Shown here in pieces: positions 49,986 to 59,862 of a DNA stretch of 64,000 nucleotides (within the stretch, counting starts at the first letter, position 1; every line of letters begins with the position of its first letter). The stretch lies in IMG/VR virus record IMGVR_UViG_3300047661_000097; one strand, given 5' to 3'. Under the pieces are notes generated by a model. That model was not told the origin of the DNA. It did not search any database and saw only the letters and a list, made by a program, of their open reading frames with translations. The translations under genes were made by a program, and so were the position numbers. The stretch is from an uncultured virus (IMG/VR IMGVR_UViG_3300047661_000097) (taxonomy: Duplodnaviria; Heunggongvirae; Uroviricota; Caudoviricetes).

Positions 49986-50674
49986 TGAGGGTCAAATTGG
50001 CAATTTGGCGGGGCATCGGCAAACAATGGCGCAATATCCTCATCGGTATACCCCGCCAAACCACAGCCGATTCGCGTTACCACAAAATCCAATTCAGCGT
50101 GATCTTCCGCATATCGCAAAAAGGTTTTGATGCTGACGCAGATTTTTTGAATGTTTCGACGTTGATACGGCCCAGCCTTGGTAGGAATCGCGTATGACTG
50201 CCCGGTACGCCCTTCGCCTACGCCCATTTGGGCTGCGTACTTGATGCGCGCTGTACGCGCCGCACCAGCTCCATGAATTCCCTTTAAATTGCTTCCAAAC
50301 ACGAAAACAGGTACGCAATACACATAAACCTGAAGCCCTTTTTGGCGAGCTACGTCGATCATGTATTTAGTGCCATGGCTTTCACCATCCCAAACAGCGA
50401 TCACGGCCTCGGCATATTCCGCCATGCGCTCGTTTCGGCGAAAGCCGGCGCCACAATCAAGTTTTCCTTCTGGATGCCAATCGACTGGCATTTCCTTGAC
50501 CGGCACATGATGCTCTTCAGCCCACCCCTTGCCGAGTAGATCTACACCAGTGGCTAACCCGCAAACCAGCTCCGTAATTTTAAAGCCGCTCTGCTCAATA
50601 GCGCGATCAACAAAGGCCGCGCATGTAATCGAACGACTGCCGGCAACAATCACTTTCACGGCACCACTCCACAT
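49943..50674 (-). CDS. SLOG (YspA/DUF2493-like) domain fused to an A1S_2505-like domain
   Basis: 'VIVAGSR...GLATGVD...AGFRRNERMA...WDGESHGT' followed by 'FVFGSNLKGIHGAGAA...YAIPT...TRIGCGLAGY'. Confidence 0.75.
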   Translation of the reverse strand: MWSGAVKVIVAGSRSITCAAFVDRAIEQSGFKITELVCGLATGVDLLGKGWAEEHHVPVKEMPVDWHPEGKLDCGAGFRRNERMAEYAEAVIAVWDGESHGTKYMIDVARQKGLQVYVYCVPVFVFGSNLKGIHGAGAARTARIKYAAQMGVGEGRTGQSYAIPTKAGPYQRRNIQKICVSIKTFLRYAEDHAELDFVVTRIGCGLAGYTDEDIAPLFADAPPNCQFDPQWKRFGLKIWEVAP

Positions 50675-51477
50675 TTACTGCATTTTGCTGTTCCGTTCCT
50701 TTACTTCTCCTGGGAGTCTTAATTTTGCAAACCAGCGCCACCCGCAACGGTACCACTGCATATACGTCCATTTTCGAGTAAAGTTTTTTACCATCGCCGC
50801 AATGCACCCTTCCATCAGTACCAGATCGCCAAATTGCGGCAAAGCAGTCGGCGTAAGCGGCTCCCACTCGTAGGTCGCTAGTTCGTCTTCAAGTTCCCTT
50901 ATGCGTTGCGACAAAAACTTGTTTTCTTCGCGCAGTCGCTCAAGCAATATCGTCAGGTTTGCAATTTTTGTTTCGTCCTCAGCGCTCAAGATCGTTCTCC
51001 TCGTAAAGCGCTTCAATCCGACCTTCAATGTCGGCGTTCAATTCCGTTAAAAACTCAATTGCATCCCCTGCCGTCATTTTGTCGAGTGACGTTGCTTCAT
51101 CAATCGTTTCAAGAATTTGAATACGCTTTTGGTAATGTTTCGTTCGCATTTCAAAATCTTCCTACTGAACCGAACCGAAAAAAGTATTATTTTTTTCTAG
51201 TTCAGCAATTTTCTTCCGCAACATTTCAAGGTAAAGATCCTGTACTTGCAGCTGGCCGTTAGAGAGCAAAACAAATTCAGCATTCGGCCGTGAAAAAATC
51301 TCAGGCATCCTTTCTTGCACATCTTTCAGCGCCAGGCTAATTACGCGCATCTCTTCGCCTTCCGCCCGAACTTCTTTCATAAGCAGTTTTCTGGCAGCAT
51401 CCACCGTAGCCGCGCAAGCTACGGCCATATACTCGCAATCGTGCCCTCGCCAAACAAACATCTTGTTCATAGGCCAC

Positions 51478-51807
51478 CTATTGATTGGTTGCCGGCTTCT
51501 CGCTGTCTTTCTCTTCTGCCACTCCCCAAATCTGCTCTATTGGAATTTGATAAGAAGCGGCTATCTTCAGCGCAATCACCAAACTCGGAATATCTCCATT
51601 TTCAATCCGGCTTAAAGTCGCATGCCCAATACCAATAATCGCTGCCGCCGGTTTAACCGCAATCTTTGCCTGCTCACGCAGTTCTTTCAAATCAACCAGC
51701 AAAACGGCTTTGTCCAATGTTTTTTCTTCCACAGAATTTCCCCTCCCCACTGATAAAGATAAAGATACCCTTTTTGAACTCCAAAACATAGAAAAAATTG
51801 CGCGCAA
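51478..51807 (-). CDS. XRE-family HTH regulator
   Basis: 'AAAIIGIGHATLSRIENGDIPSLVIALKIA'. Confidence 0.8.
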   Translation of the reverse strand: MRAIFSMFWSSKRVSLSLSVGRGNSVEEKTLDKAVLLVDLKELREQAKIAVKPAAAIIGIGHATLSRIENGDIPSLVIALKIAASYQIPIEQIWGVAEEKDSEKPATNQ

Positions 51808-52092
51808 GGTTTATTTAAAGCAAAATAATCAGCGACCAACCAACTAGCTTTTTTCTGCATCAAAATTGTTTAAAGGGTAGTCGGCATTTTTGGCAACGAC
51901 CCGCGCACCGGTTGTGCTAAGAAATCGCCGATCTTTACCATTAGAATTCCAGCGCAAACTACGGCATTGCCGGTTTTTACACCTTTTTCGCAGGGGTTTC
52001 CCCGGTTCCAATACCCAGCTGCCGCCGCATACGTCACACACGCAAATATCGCCACGAGTAATCACAGTTTCAATTTATCCCACAAAAATTGA

Positions 52093-52166
52093 AATGCGTC
52101 AGATAATTGGCACAATGTGTCAAATAGTTTGGTACAATGTGTCAAATAGTTTGGTACAATGTGTCA
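52093..52166. repeat. 22-bp tandem repeat upstream of the resolvase
   Basis: AATGTGTCAAATAGTTTGGTAC twice exactly, plus degenerate and partial copies. Confidence 0.8.
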
Positions 52167-52179
52167 GAGGGGAGGGCCT

Positions 52180-52782
52180 ATGCGTGTCGCGATCTACCTT
52201 CACGATTCCCAAACTCAGGGCCTACTTGAAGCTGAGCAACTAACAGCATTCACCACACAAAAGGGGTGGAAAATCGTAAAGATTTACCGCAATAATTCCG
52301 CTAAAAAAACAGCCTTTCGCGACATACTAAAAGATGCCCAAGAGGCCCATTTTGATGTGTTGTTGTTTTGGTCGCTCGCTCAGATCTCAAACGATAGCAC
52401 CTCATCCACCATTCGGATATTGAATCAGCTAAACGAATTGGGTATCAAATTTCAATCATTCACTGAACCCCATTTTGGAACATGTGGAACACATGGTAAA
52501 ACAACTTCTTTGGTTCTCTCTTCACTCGCCAAAGAAGAACAAAAATCCTTATCTAAACGTATCTCAGAGCGCACAAAAGCCGGCCTTGCAAAGCAAAAAG
52601 CCGAGGGTACACGCGGTCCTCAAGGGCACCTTGGGCCCGGCAGACCTCCAACCCAATTCAATGAAAAACTCGCTCAAGCCCTGTACGCAAAAAAAATGTC
52701 GTATGCGGAAATTGCTGCCGCTTGTCACATCTCCAAAGCCAAAATTTGGCGCTATTTCAACTCACACAGCACAAAGCGTTGA
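52180..52782 (+). CDS. Small serine recombinase (resolvase/invertase-like) with degenerate active-site motifs
   Basis: 'MRVAIY', 'FDVLLFWSL', 'ISERTKAGL', 'GRPP' and a C-terminal HTH. Confidence 0.75.
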   Translation: MRVAIYLHDSQTQGLLEAEQLTAFTTQKGWKIVKIYRNNSAKKTAFRDILKDAQEAHFDVLLFWSLAQISNDSTSSTIRILNQLNELGIKFQSFTEPHFGTCGTHGKTTSLVLSSLAKEEQKSLSKRISERTKAGLAKQKAEGTRGPQGHLGPGRPPTQFNEKLAQALYAKKMSYAEIAAACHISKAKIWRYFNSHSTKR

Positions 52783-52790
52783 ATCTCCGC

Positions 52791-53966
52791 TTACTCTTCC
52801 ACAACCCGATAAACACCAAGAGAGACGCGCCGCAAAATACCTTCATTTGTTAGGTTTGACAGAATACTAGGAATGACTTTACGCCCATGTTTTTTCTTGA
52901 TTTCCGGCAAAAGAGAACATACATCGCTTGCTTTCCATTCCCTCTGCTTATCAGCTTGCAGTATGTCTAAAACATCTTTGCGGTGGCAAAAGGCAGGATC
53001 ATCTGACCAGCGAGCGGTTTTTCCCTTTGGCGTATGGCGCCAGTTGTCTGACTCCGCTTTTTGATGATGTACCGACACTTGCGTGAATAGATTTACATCC
53101 AGTGCCGCGCTTTGTTCGGCCACAAGAGCACAAGCAGCAATCATCTCGTCTAATTGATGCACATAATCCCGGTGCTGCTCGATCTGAAATTGCACGGTAT
53201 CCAAATCGGCATGCATCTTTTCATATTGCTTTTGTATCTCAGATTCACGATGCCGTAGTTGCTCTAAAGTAAAAGCAATTCTTGCCTTGGCATCGCGTAC
53301 ACGTCCAACAATCGACTGCAGATCCCCCACAAACGGGGTCTGCTTTTCCAGCCACTTCAAATCAGGCGGCAACGAGGTTTTGGCAGGGGTCAAATCCGCA
53401 CTCTGCGGCGCTTCTGCTTTCACTTCTATTGCAGAAATGGCCTTCTGAGGAGGTATGCTTTCACTAACCTCCTCCTTCTCCTCTACCACAAGAATGGGTT
53501 TCGGCTCTTCTTGAACAATCGCTTTCGGTTCGGGCGTAACGGTTGTATTTACAACAGTTTTTGGCTCAGGTACAGCTTCCGGTTGTACAACGGGCTTCGA
53601 CACCGAAATAGCTGGAGGAGCTACAACAATCTCTGGTTCTGGCTTAGTTTCTACTTTCAATGGCTCTTTTGTGACTTCAACTGCGGGCTCTTCCTCTTCA
53701 ACCACTTTCAAAGATGAAAGGCCCGTCGCAAAAGGCGATACCATAGGATAAACGTGAACGGCAAAAGGCTTGGATTTCTTAGGCGGCACAATATAACGAG
53801 GCGACTCAACTTCATCTGTAACTACTCTTTGGCTTGCCATGTAGGGTCGTTTTTTGTGGGGCATCTCCACACTCCCTAGCCGCCGTGCTCGTGCGCCCGT
53901 TAAAGGGATGGGAATACCCGTCCCAAGCACAGAAGCTAGTTTGTCTCGCATGGTCGTATTATGCAT
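52791..53966 (-). CDS. P/E-rich coiled-coil protein with C-terminal winged helix
   Basis: Ends 'LSNLTNEGILRRVSLGVYR'. Confidence 0.5.
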   Translation of the reverse strand: MHNTTMRDKLASVLGTGIPIPLTGARARRLGSVEMPHKKRPYMASQRVVTDEVESPRYIVPPKKSKPFAVHVYPMVSPFATGLSSLKVVEEEEPAVEVTKEPLKVETKPEPEIVVAPPAISVSKPVVQPEAVPEPKTVVNTTVTPEPKAIVQEEPKPILVVEEKEEVSESIPPQKAISAIEVKAEAPQSADLTPAKTSLPPDLKWLEKQTPFVGDLQSIVGRVRDAKARIAFTLEQLRHRESEIQKQYEKMHADLDTVQFQIEQHRDYVHQLDEMIAACALVAEQSAALDVNLFTQVSVHHQKAESDNWRHTPKGKTARWSDDPAFCHRKDVLDILQADKQREWKASDVCSLLPEIKKKHGRKVIPSILSNLTNEGILRRVSLGVYRVVEE

Positions 53967-54109
53967 AAATCCTCATTCCTCCCCCTTGTATTTGCTCTTT
54001 TCTTTCCCAAAGCCCCGTTAAAGCATCGGCTCAAAAAGGGTTTCTCTTTCGGAAACACTCTATCTTTAATCAGGTCATTTGTCTACCAAAATTTGCGCCC
54101 GTCAAAATT

Positions 54110-54505
54110 TTATTTGGGCTGGTTAACCAGGCGGTAAACACCACGACGAATTTTTGAGACGTGTCCTTCCTTAAACAGCAAAAACAAGCGCTGCGCCGCA
54201 TACTTCTGGGCACTGTATTTCTTCGGCTTCGTGGCCGCCTTAATCAAATCGGCCGCCGTCACTTCATCTTGCGGATGCTTCTCAAAATAAGCCAAAGCAT
54301 CCACCCTGCCCCAAATTGCCGATCGATCCAGCGGCTCTGGCTTCGGCACCCGCGCCGCTTTACGATGAGCAGCTTGAGCCTTTAAGATGTTAAGCCGGGC
54401 GGCCTGCTGCTTCACTGTCGTCTTTGCCTTACCACCAATTTTGCCCCCCGACGAAGCAAAGCATGCCGGGCAAATCAATTCCACGCCATGTATCTTGCAT
54501 TTCAT
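54110..54505 (-). CDS. Small winged-helix-like protein
   Basis: Ends 'LFKEGHVSKIRRGVYRL'. Confidence 0.5.
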   Translation of the reverse strand: MKCKIHGVELICPACFASSGGKIGGKAKTTVKQQAARLNILKAQAAHRKAARVPKPEPLDRSAIWGRVDALAYFEKHPQDEVTAADLIKAATKPKKYSAQKYAAQRLFLLFKEGHVSKIRRGVYRLVNQPK

Positions 54506-54855
54506 TGAATAATCCTCTTCCTTTCATAATAACAAACTTGTTTAGATTCCCCAAAAAGATGTTTACCGCGTCCTTTTGGGCCTTTTGATTTCTTTAATTG
54601 TGCACCCGTCATGTTCATAAAGCCGGCGTGCACAACAAACGCAAAGCACCATCCTGTAACCATTCACGTTATAAAGCCAGCCATGATGCGGGCACTGCAC
54701 GCTTTTAAGCCACCTGTAATGGCCATTTGTTTTGGTCCTTTTACGCAAATAATTCTGGCATTGCGGCGCTCCCGCCTGCGGTCGACGAAACTTCTTTAAG
54801 CGCCGCTTGCCAGCACAAAAAGTCAAAGCAAAATAAAGCTGCTTAGGCTTTTTCT

Positions 54856-55578
54856 TCAAATCGTAGCCTCAAACTTCGGCTCCGACCACGTGTCCACATA
54901 CACCGCCATCTCAGCATCCAGCCAGCGTGATGGCTGATTAACAACAAAATCAGTCAATGCAACTATCGACACAATCAAAAATGGATCAATGGCCAACTCG
55001 TCAATGTAGAAGTTGGCTTCAGGCAGTTCACGCTTGATCTCTATAGCTTTTGCCAAAACAAATTCCGGCACCGGTTTTAAATACCTGGATAACGGCGTAA
55101 TGCGCCACGTTGGTTCGATCATTTTCTCCGCTGTCCTGTAATGATCGGCCATCTGCGCTTTATAGCTGTCCACCTTCTTTTGATCGAAAATCTCGATCTC
55201 CAATTTGGCTAGGGCAAGACGCAGACGCCCCGGTGCCTTCAGCTCCTCGCGCAGCGGCGTATAGCCAAGCAGCGCTTCAGCCTCCATAGCCAGTTTTCGC
55301 CGCGGATCGCTCAGGTCTACGTCATCGGCTTCAACCTTTACTCGGGTCAGCATTTCGCGCGACGGCTCTTCGACAATCTTTTCCGGCTTCCCTAAAGATC
55401 CGCTACCACCAAACGGCGATTGAGGGAAGTCGTGGCTCAAGAAATAATAAAAGTATTCGCCATTGTTCTGATTTTGCTGTTGATGAACAAGGTTGTTCGG
55501 TACTCTCATCGGCACTGATCCGAACGCCCCATTCGTTTGCGCTGAATCCAAATTTGGTGCTTCCGTTAAGTTTGGCAT
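54856..55578 (-). CDS. Hypothetical protein
   Basis: GGAGG RBS before MPNL. Confidence 0.55.
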   Translation of the reverse strand: MPNLTEAPNLDSAQTNGAFGSVPMRVPNNLVHQQQNQNNGEYFYYFLSHDFPQSPFGGSGSLGKPEKIVEEPSREMLTRVKVEADDVDLSDPRRKLAMEAEALLGYTPLREELKAPGRLRLALAKLEIEIFDQKKVDSYKAQMADHYRTAEKMIEPTWRITPLSRYLKPVPEFVLAKAIEIKRELPEANFYIDELAIDPFLIVSIVALTDFVVNQPSRWLDAEMAVYVDTWSEPKFEATI

Positions 55579-55615
55579 TTTCCCCTCCCGAAAAACGTTT
55601 TTCAAAAACAAGTAT

Positions 55616-56470
55616 TTATTTCCATGCTTGCCCTAAATGCATCATCCAGGCATCGCTCACATGCTCATCAAAATACGCGTACGGCATCCAATAGCAACCG
55701 CGGTCTGTACGTCCAGTTGCCGAAATCCCCCAATCGCTCCCCCACGAGTTTTGGATAAAAACGCCACCCGCGCTCCCGTCCGAAAATTTGATCTCGTCGT
55801 CATAGTCCATTGCATGCTGAGCATGGCGACCAAGTAGTCTTTCAGTGGTTTTTGGCAGCGGCATAAAGCCGGTCTTTGCCAAACCGTTTTCCTCAAAACT
55901 CTCGTAGACGTCAATACCAATGCCCACGGAATATCCTGAAGCAATCGATGCCTTAATTTCTTGCAACGCGGGTAGATAATGATAAGCGCCGCCTTTGTAC
56001 GCAAGCGCTTCCTTATATTGCTTATCGCTCGGCGCTACCGAATAGCTGGTATCCGAATAGGGCTCCTGCGTATTCAAACATGCGCCTTTTTGATTCAGCG
56101 TAATAAAGGTCTGGTGAATCGTCGAACCTACATCCTGGCCTAAATCTCCACCAGCAATCAGATTACACAAATAAACAAAAGCGGCCGAAGCCGTAAAATC
56201 GGTGGAACTTACGCTTTGGTCTTTCTCAAACAAATAGAGCTTTCTGTATAGCGCGTCGCGGTACTCGGCGCCTAACTGGCCAGTACAAGATCCTTCTTGC
56301 CCTTGGTCGCGAATTTTCCCCATCCATTGCGAGGTTGTGGCCCGCACGGGTAGTTGCAATTGAGCAGGGGCATGAACCGCCAACAGGGTTCTAGCTGGCG
56401 AAAAAACATTATCCCGATAAAGTCCGTATCGCCTTCCGCTAGGCGAAGGTGTCAGCAAATCGTTTGCCAT
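55616..56470 (-). CDS. Papain-like (C1) cysteine peptidase
   Basis: 'IRDQGQEGSCTG', 'GRHA' and 'QNSWG' supply the Q/C/H/N catalytic residues. Confidence 0.9.
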   Translation of the reverse strand: MANDLLTPSPSGRRYGLYRDNVFSPARTLLAVHAPAQLQLPVRATTSQWMGKIRDQGQEGSCTGQLGAEYRDALYRKLYLFEKDQSVSSTDFTASAAFVYLCNLIAGGDLGQDVGSTIHQTFITLNQKGACLNTQEPYSDTSYSVAPSDKQYKEALAYKGGAYHYLPALQEIKASIASGYSVGIGIDVYESFEENGLAKTGFMPLPKTTERLLGRHAQHAMDYDDEIKFSDGSAGGVFIQNSWGSDWGISATGRTDRGCYWMPYAYFDEHVSDAWMMHLGQAWK

Positions 56471-56570
56471 AGCATCTCCAATTTATGGCGGCCTCACAAC
56501 TGCTTGTGCACCCTGTCATTGGCATTCAGCGCAGCAAGAGCAGGGAAGCCGCCATCTAGGCGCGCCCAAA

Positions 56571-57122
56571 TTAAATTTTGGCCGCGGTTAGGTTCAACTT
56601 CACGCACTCGCTATTCCATTGCGCTTTGTAAGCACCTGGCCAAGTCGGATGCAATAAACTTGGGCCCGTTATTTTTACAGCCTTGTAGTGCACGCTGTTA
56701 ACGACTTTTCTCCGGTTTTCAACCTGCGCCGTTGACGTCAATTGCACGGTCAGCCCAAATGCACTCATAATTGTTTCAATGGCCGCGACTGCAATATCAA
56801 CAAGCGCAGAGAAGGTCGCCGTTGCCGGAATAACAGCCAAAACCGCCTCAACCGTATCAAGAGCGTCCGTTACGATTGCAGAAGTGCTGCCCGTTTTCCA
56901 TTTCGCTTCAGCTTCCTTCAAGGCAGTAATTGCACTGTCCAACGAGCTGACCCAAGTCGAGCTAGAATCAGCTAATTTTAAAATTGACAGTAGTGAATCA
57001 AGCACGGTGTTAAGAGCACTGGTTACGTTAAAGGTGCAGCCTTCCATCAGAACAGTAGAAGGCAGAATGCTTGCGGCGGCGCCGGCAACAGCCGCATTTC
57101 TCATAAAGATCCGACGGTTCAT
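56571..57122 (-). CDS. Putative Tat-exported lipoprotein
   Basis: MNRRIFMR twin-arginine motif, hydrophobic stretch and lipobox-like MEGC. Confidence 0.6.
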   Translation of the reverse strand: MNRRIFMRNAAVAGAAASILPSTVLMEGCTFNVTSALNTVLDSLLSILKLADSSSTWVSSLDSAITALKEAEAKWKTGSTSAIVTDALDTVEAVLAVIPATATFSALVDIAVAAIETIMSAFGLTVQLTSTAQVENRRKVVNSVHYKAVKITGPSLLHPTWPGAYKAQWNSECVKLNLTAAKI

Positions 57123-57424
57123 AATTTCCTTTCATGGTTTGATTTGCGCTGCCCACAAGCTACCGGCTGAGGGTTGCGTAATCTGTGCTGCGTTATAAAC
57201 CTGCGTGGGCGTAGCTGTTGAAACCGTGTAATTTAAATTAAGCCCGCTATTTCTTGTCTCGGAGCTTTGTTCTGTCATTGCCCACGGCATAGTTGATGGT
57301 AACGGCCTGTACGCCGCAATGGTTGTTTCTGAACCTCGCTCTCCCCTAGTTTGGTCCGAATCATTCAAACAGGCAAGAGCTGATTCTATTGCCCCCAATG
57401 ATCGGTTCTTTACCTTGGGGGAAG

Positions 57425-57646
57425 CTAAAAAGGCCGAACAACAATTTCAACTTGCTCCAAGCGGTCAAGATACTCTGCCGGAATCGATCGCGCAGCTAAA
57501 ATCGAAACCTCATCCGGAGTGGCCGCCAATTGCCGTGTTACATCAGTCAAAATCTCTGACTTACCTGCTGTTTCATTGCCTGCCGCATCCTTCTTTGGCT
57601 TGGGATGAAACAACACCGCGTACTCAAACAACTTTCCTTTTGCCAT
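57425..57646 (-). CDS. Hypothetical protein (73 aa)
   Basis: AAGGAG RBS. Confidence 0.55.
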   Translation of the reverse strand: MAKGKLFEYAVLFHPKPKKDAAGNETAGKSEILTDVTRQLAATPDEVSILAARSIPAEYLDRLEQVEIVVRPF

Positions 57647-57672
57647 ATTGGCTCCTTTTTTGCGTTCATATG

Positions 57673-57885
57673 CTATTCTTTGGCTAAAAATCGATCCAAT
57701 AGCTTATGCATACATGCTTGGCCACAAAGATGTTGCGTGGTGGTTTCATTCAGTACTGCTGCATTGGCATCTTTCCATCGCATAATTTTCAAACCATACA
57801 AAGACTCCACCGCAACAAACCATCGATTCGTTTCTTTGCGCTCTATATTGCAAATAGAGCAAAGATAAGTTCTTTTTATCGTCAT
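57673..57885 (-). CDS. Small zinc-finger protein
   Basis: CSIC...TNRWF...HLCGQAC. Confidence 0.55.
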   Translation of the reverse strand: MTIKRTYLCSICNIERKETNRWFVAVESLYGLKIMRWKDANAAVLNETTTQHLCGQACMHKLLDRFLAKE

Positions 57886-58062
57886 AGCGGAAAACGCTCC
57901 CGCCGAGCCATAACCAACAAATCGGCCGCCTCAATCGCTTTTGTGGCTTCCGCACTGCTTGCACTACCATCCAAAAGGCATTCCACGCATTCTGACCAAA
58001 ACTCGCGGTCGCATTCCATACGATAAGATTGTTCGTTTAACAACCTCATTTTCTCGCGTCTT

Positions 58063-58467
58063 TCAATCTTGTCTTGTTGGTTTTGGCTCATCTTTACGCA
58101 CCTCGTGGTAATTAATCCTTACGCTGCCTTTGCGTATATTGCACATGGCATGCGCCGCGCCATTGTACGGCTCCATCTTTCCTGTCTCACGGTTTAAACG
58201 CTCAATGCGATCATCCCGGTGCCCGGCGTCATAACCTCGACCATCTTGGTGCTCAAAAACCGCATCCGCAAGCCGCAACTGACCAGGGCAGTGTTTGATA
58301 TAGCCTTCCAAACAACAACGGCGATTCTGGCGCTCCCACATCACCCTAAGACGCCGCATATATTCGTCACGGCCTTCTTTAGTCAAAAGATTGCAAATTT
58401 CCCGTCCATTGGTCAAAACTCGAATTGTAGGCTTCAATTTGTTTTTCACGGCGCACCAGCCAACCAA
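58063..58467 (-). CDS. HNH-like protein
   Basis: 'FEHQDGRG...HRDD...AAHAMCN..KG'. Confidence 0.45.
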   Translation of the reverse strand: MVGWCAVKNKLKPTIRVLTNGREICNLLTKEGRDEYMRRLRVMWERQNRRCCLEGYIKHCPGQLRLADAVFEHQDGRGYDAGHRDDRIERLNRETGKMEPYNGAAHAMCNIRKGSVRINYHEVRKDEPKPTRQD

Positions 58468-58788
58468 TTAAGTTGTTTTTTCGCGATACTTATCAAAATC
58501 GTCGCAGGTAACCCAATGCCCTATCGCTGGCGTATCTTCTGTCGGCATGGGGTTCATAGGGATGTTGCGGCCTTGCGGCGTCAACCACCATTCAATTTCA
58601 GCTTGGCAAATAACGCATACCCCGTGGTCTGAAAAACGGTAACCTGCTAGCCGCATTCCATTCGCATTAGCAGAAAATGGCATTTATCTTTCTCCCGAAA
58701 AAAGGGGAATCCAATTGCATACTTACGCCGGATCCCCCCCCTGCGCCCATACAAGCTGGCAGTGCCGGTAGTACCGTCAACTTGTTCG

Positions 58789-59601
58789 CTACCCTTGCGG
58801 CGCAAAACTTTGTTTGTCTAACTTGTCTCCGCAGCAAATTGTTAGAATTTCCCCCATATCATGAATGTGAATTGCTAACAATTCTTGCAGCCTTTTCAAA
58901 TCATCAAAGGTTTCAGCACTTGTTACCGCCTGTGTCAGCCGAGGGATCGACTCGGTCAAAAAGCCCACCAGCGTCGGCCGGTCGTGGAATTCGGCGATCA
59001 TCAGTTCAATTGCGTATCCTTCATCGTCAATGCCGTGTTCCGCCTGCCAATCCTTTAATCCCTGCTCAATCACTTCCCGCTGCGCTTCTTTCACGCGCCA
59101 TTTCATGGTGACGTATACTTCGCCCACTGCCTTGTTTTCTTGCCGGGCAGTTTCTAATACCAATTCGCCTTCAAAATCCCGCGTAGTCATGGTGGCCGCA
59201 GATCCAACAATGGCTAAATCCTTACGCGTTTCCATAGGCGCTACGGCCAATTGTTCAGCGTTTTCAATTGACATTGCAATGAACTGCTCTTTAGTCAAAT
59301 GTTGAAAGCGTTCCGCCAAGCCAACCATCTTGTACCAGGTTGAACGGCCAATACCCGTTGACGCACGATAACTTTTTTCGCTGGCAAATCCCAAAACTTG
59401 CCAGGCGTTTGTTGTGCGCAAAAATGCGCCTTCCCAACCAATTTCCATCGAATGCTTACTAGCTTTGTGCCATGCTTGCCGTATGCAGCAATCACTTTCT
59501 TTTACCTGCAATTCAAGCTCAGCGCTTATAGCCAGTAATCCTTGCGGCGGCAATGTGGCATCCACCATTTGCAAACTTAGCCCATCACTTGCCATGCTCA
59601 C
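58789..59601 (-). CDS. Hypothetical protein (270 aa)
   Basis: AAGGAGG RBS. Confidence 0.55.
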   Translation of the reverse strand: MSMASDGLSLQMVDATLPPQGLLAISAELELQVKESDCCIRQAWHKASKHSMEIGWEGAFLRTTNAWQVLGFASEKSYRASTGIGRSTWYKMVGLAERFQHLTKEQFIAMSIENAEQLAVAPMETRKDLAIVGSAATMTTRDFEGELVLETARQENKAVGEVYVTMKWRVKEAQREVIEQGLKDWQAEHGIDDEGYAIELMIAEFHDRPTLVGFLTESIPRLTQAVTSAETFDDLKRLQELLAIHIHDMGEILTICCGDKLDKQSFAPQG

Positions 59602-59862
59602 CTCCTTACCTTTTTTTCTTTTTAATCATTTACTTTGTCCGCCATACTCTCAGTCCCCAATCGTCGTACTCTGCCATAAACTCCTTGTTGTTTTTCAATC
59701 CGTAGCGATAAACAGAAACGCTAGAAACGGGCGGAAATCCACTGTTACCTACATTCTGGATATAAATTGAATCGTTCGGTTCCATGTGCGCCAACTCAGG
59801 CACAATTTCCTCTGCTCCCGGAGTGTCGGTTGCAAGCAAAAAATTCTTTTCGACCCGTATCG

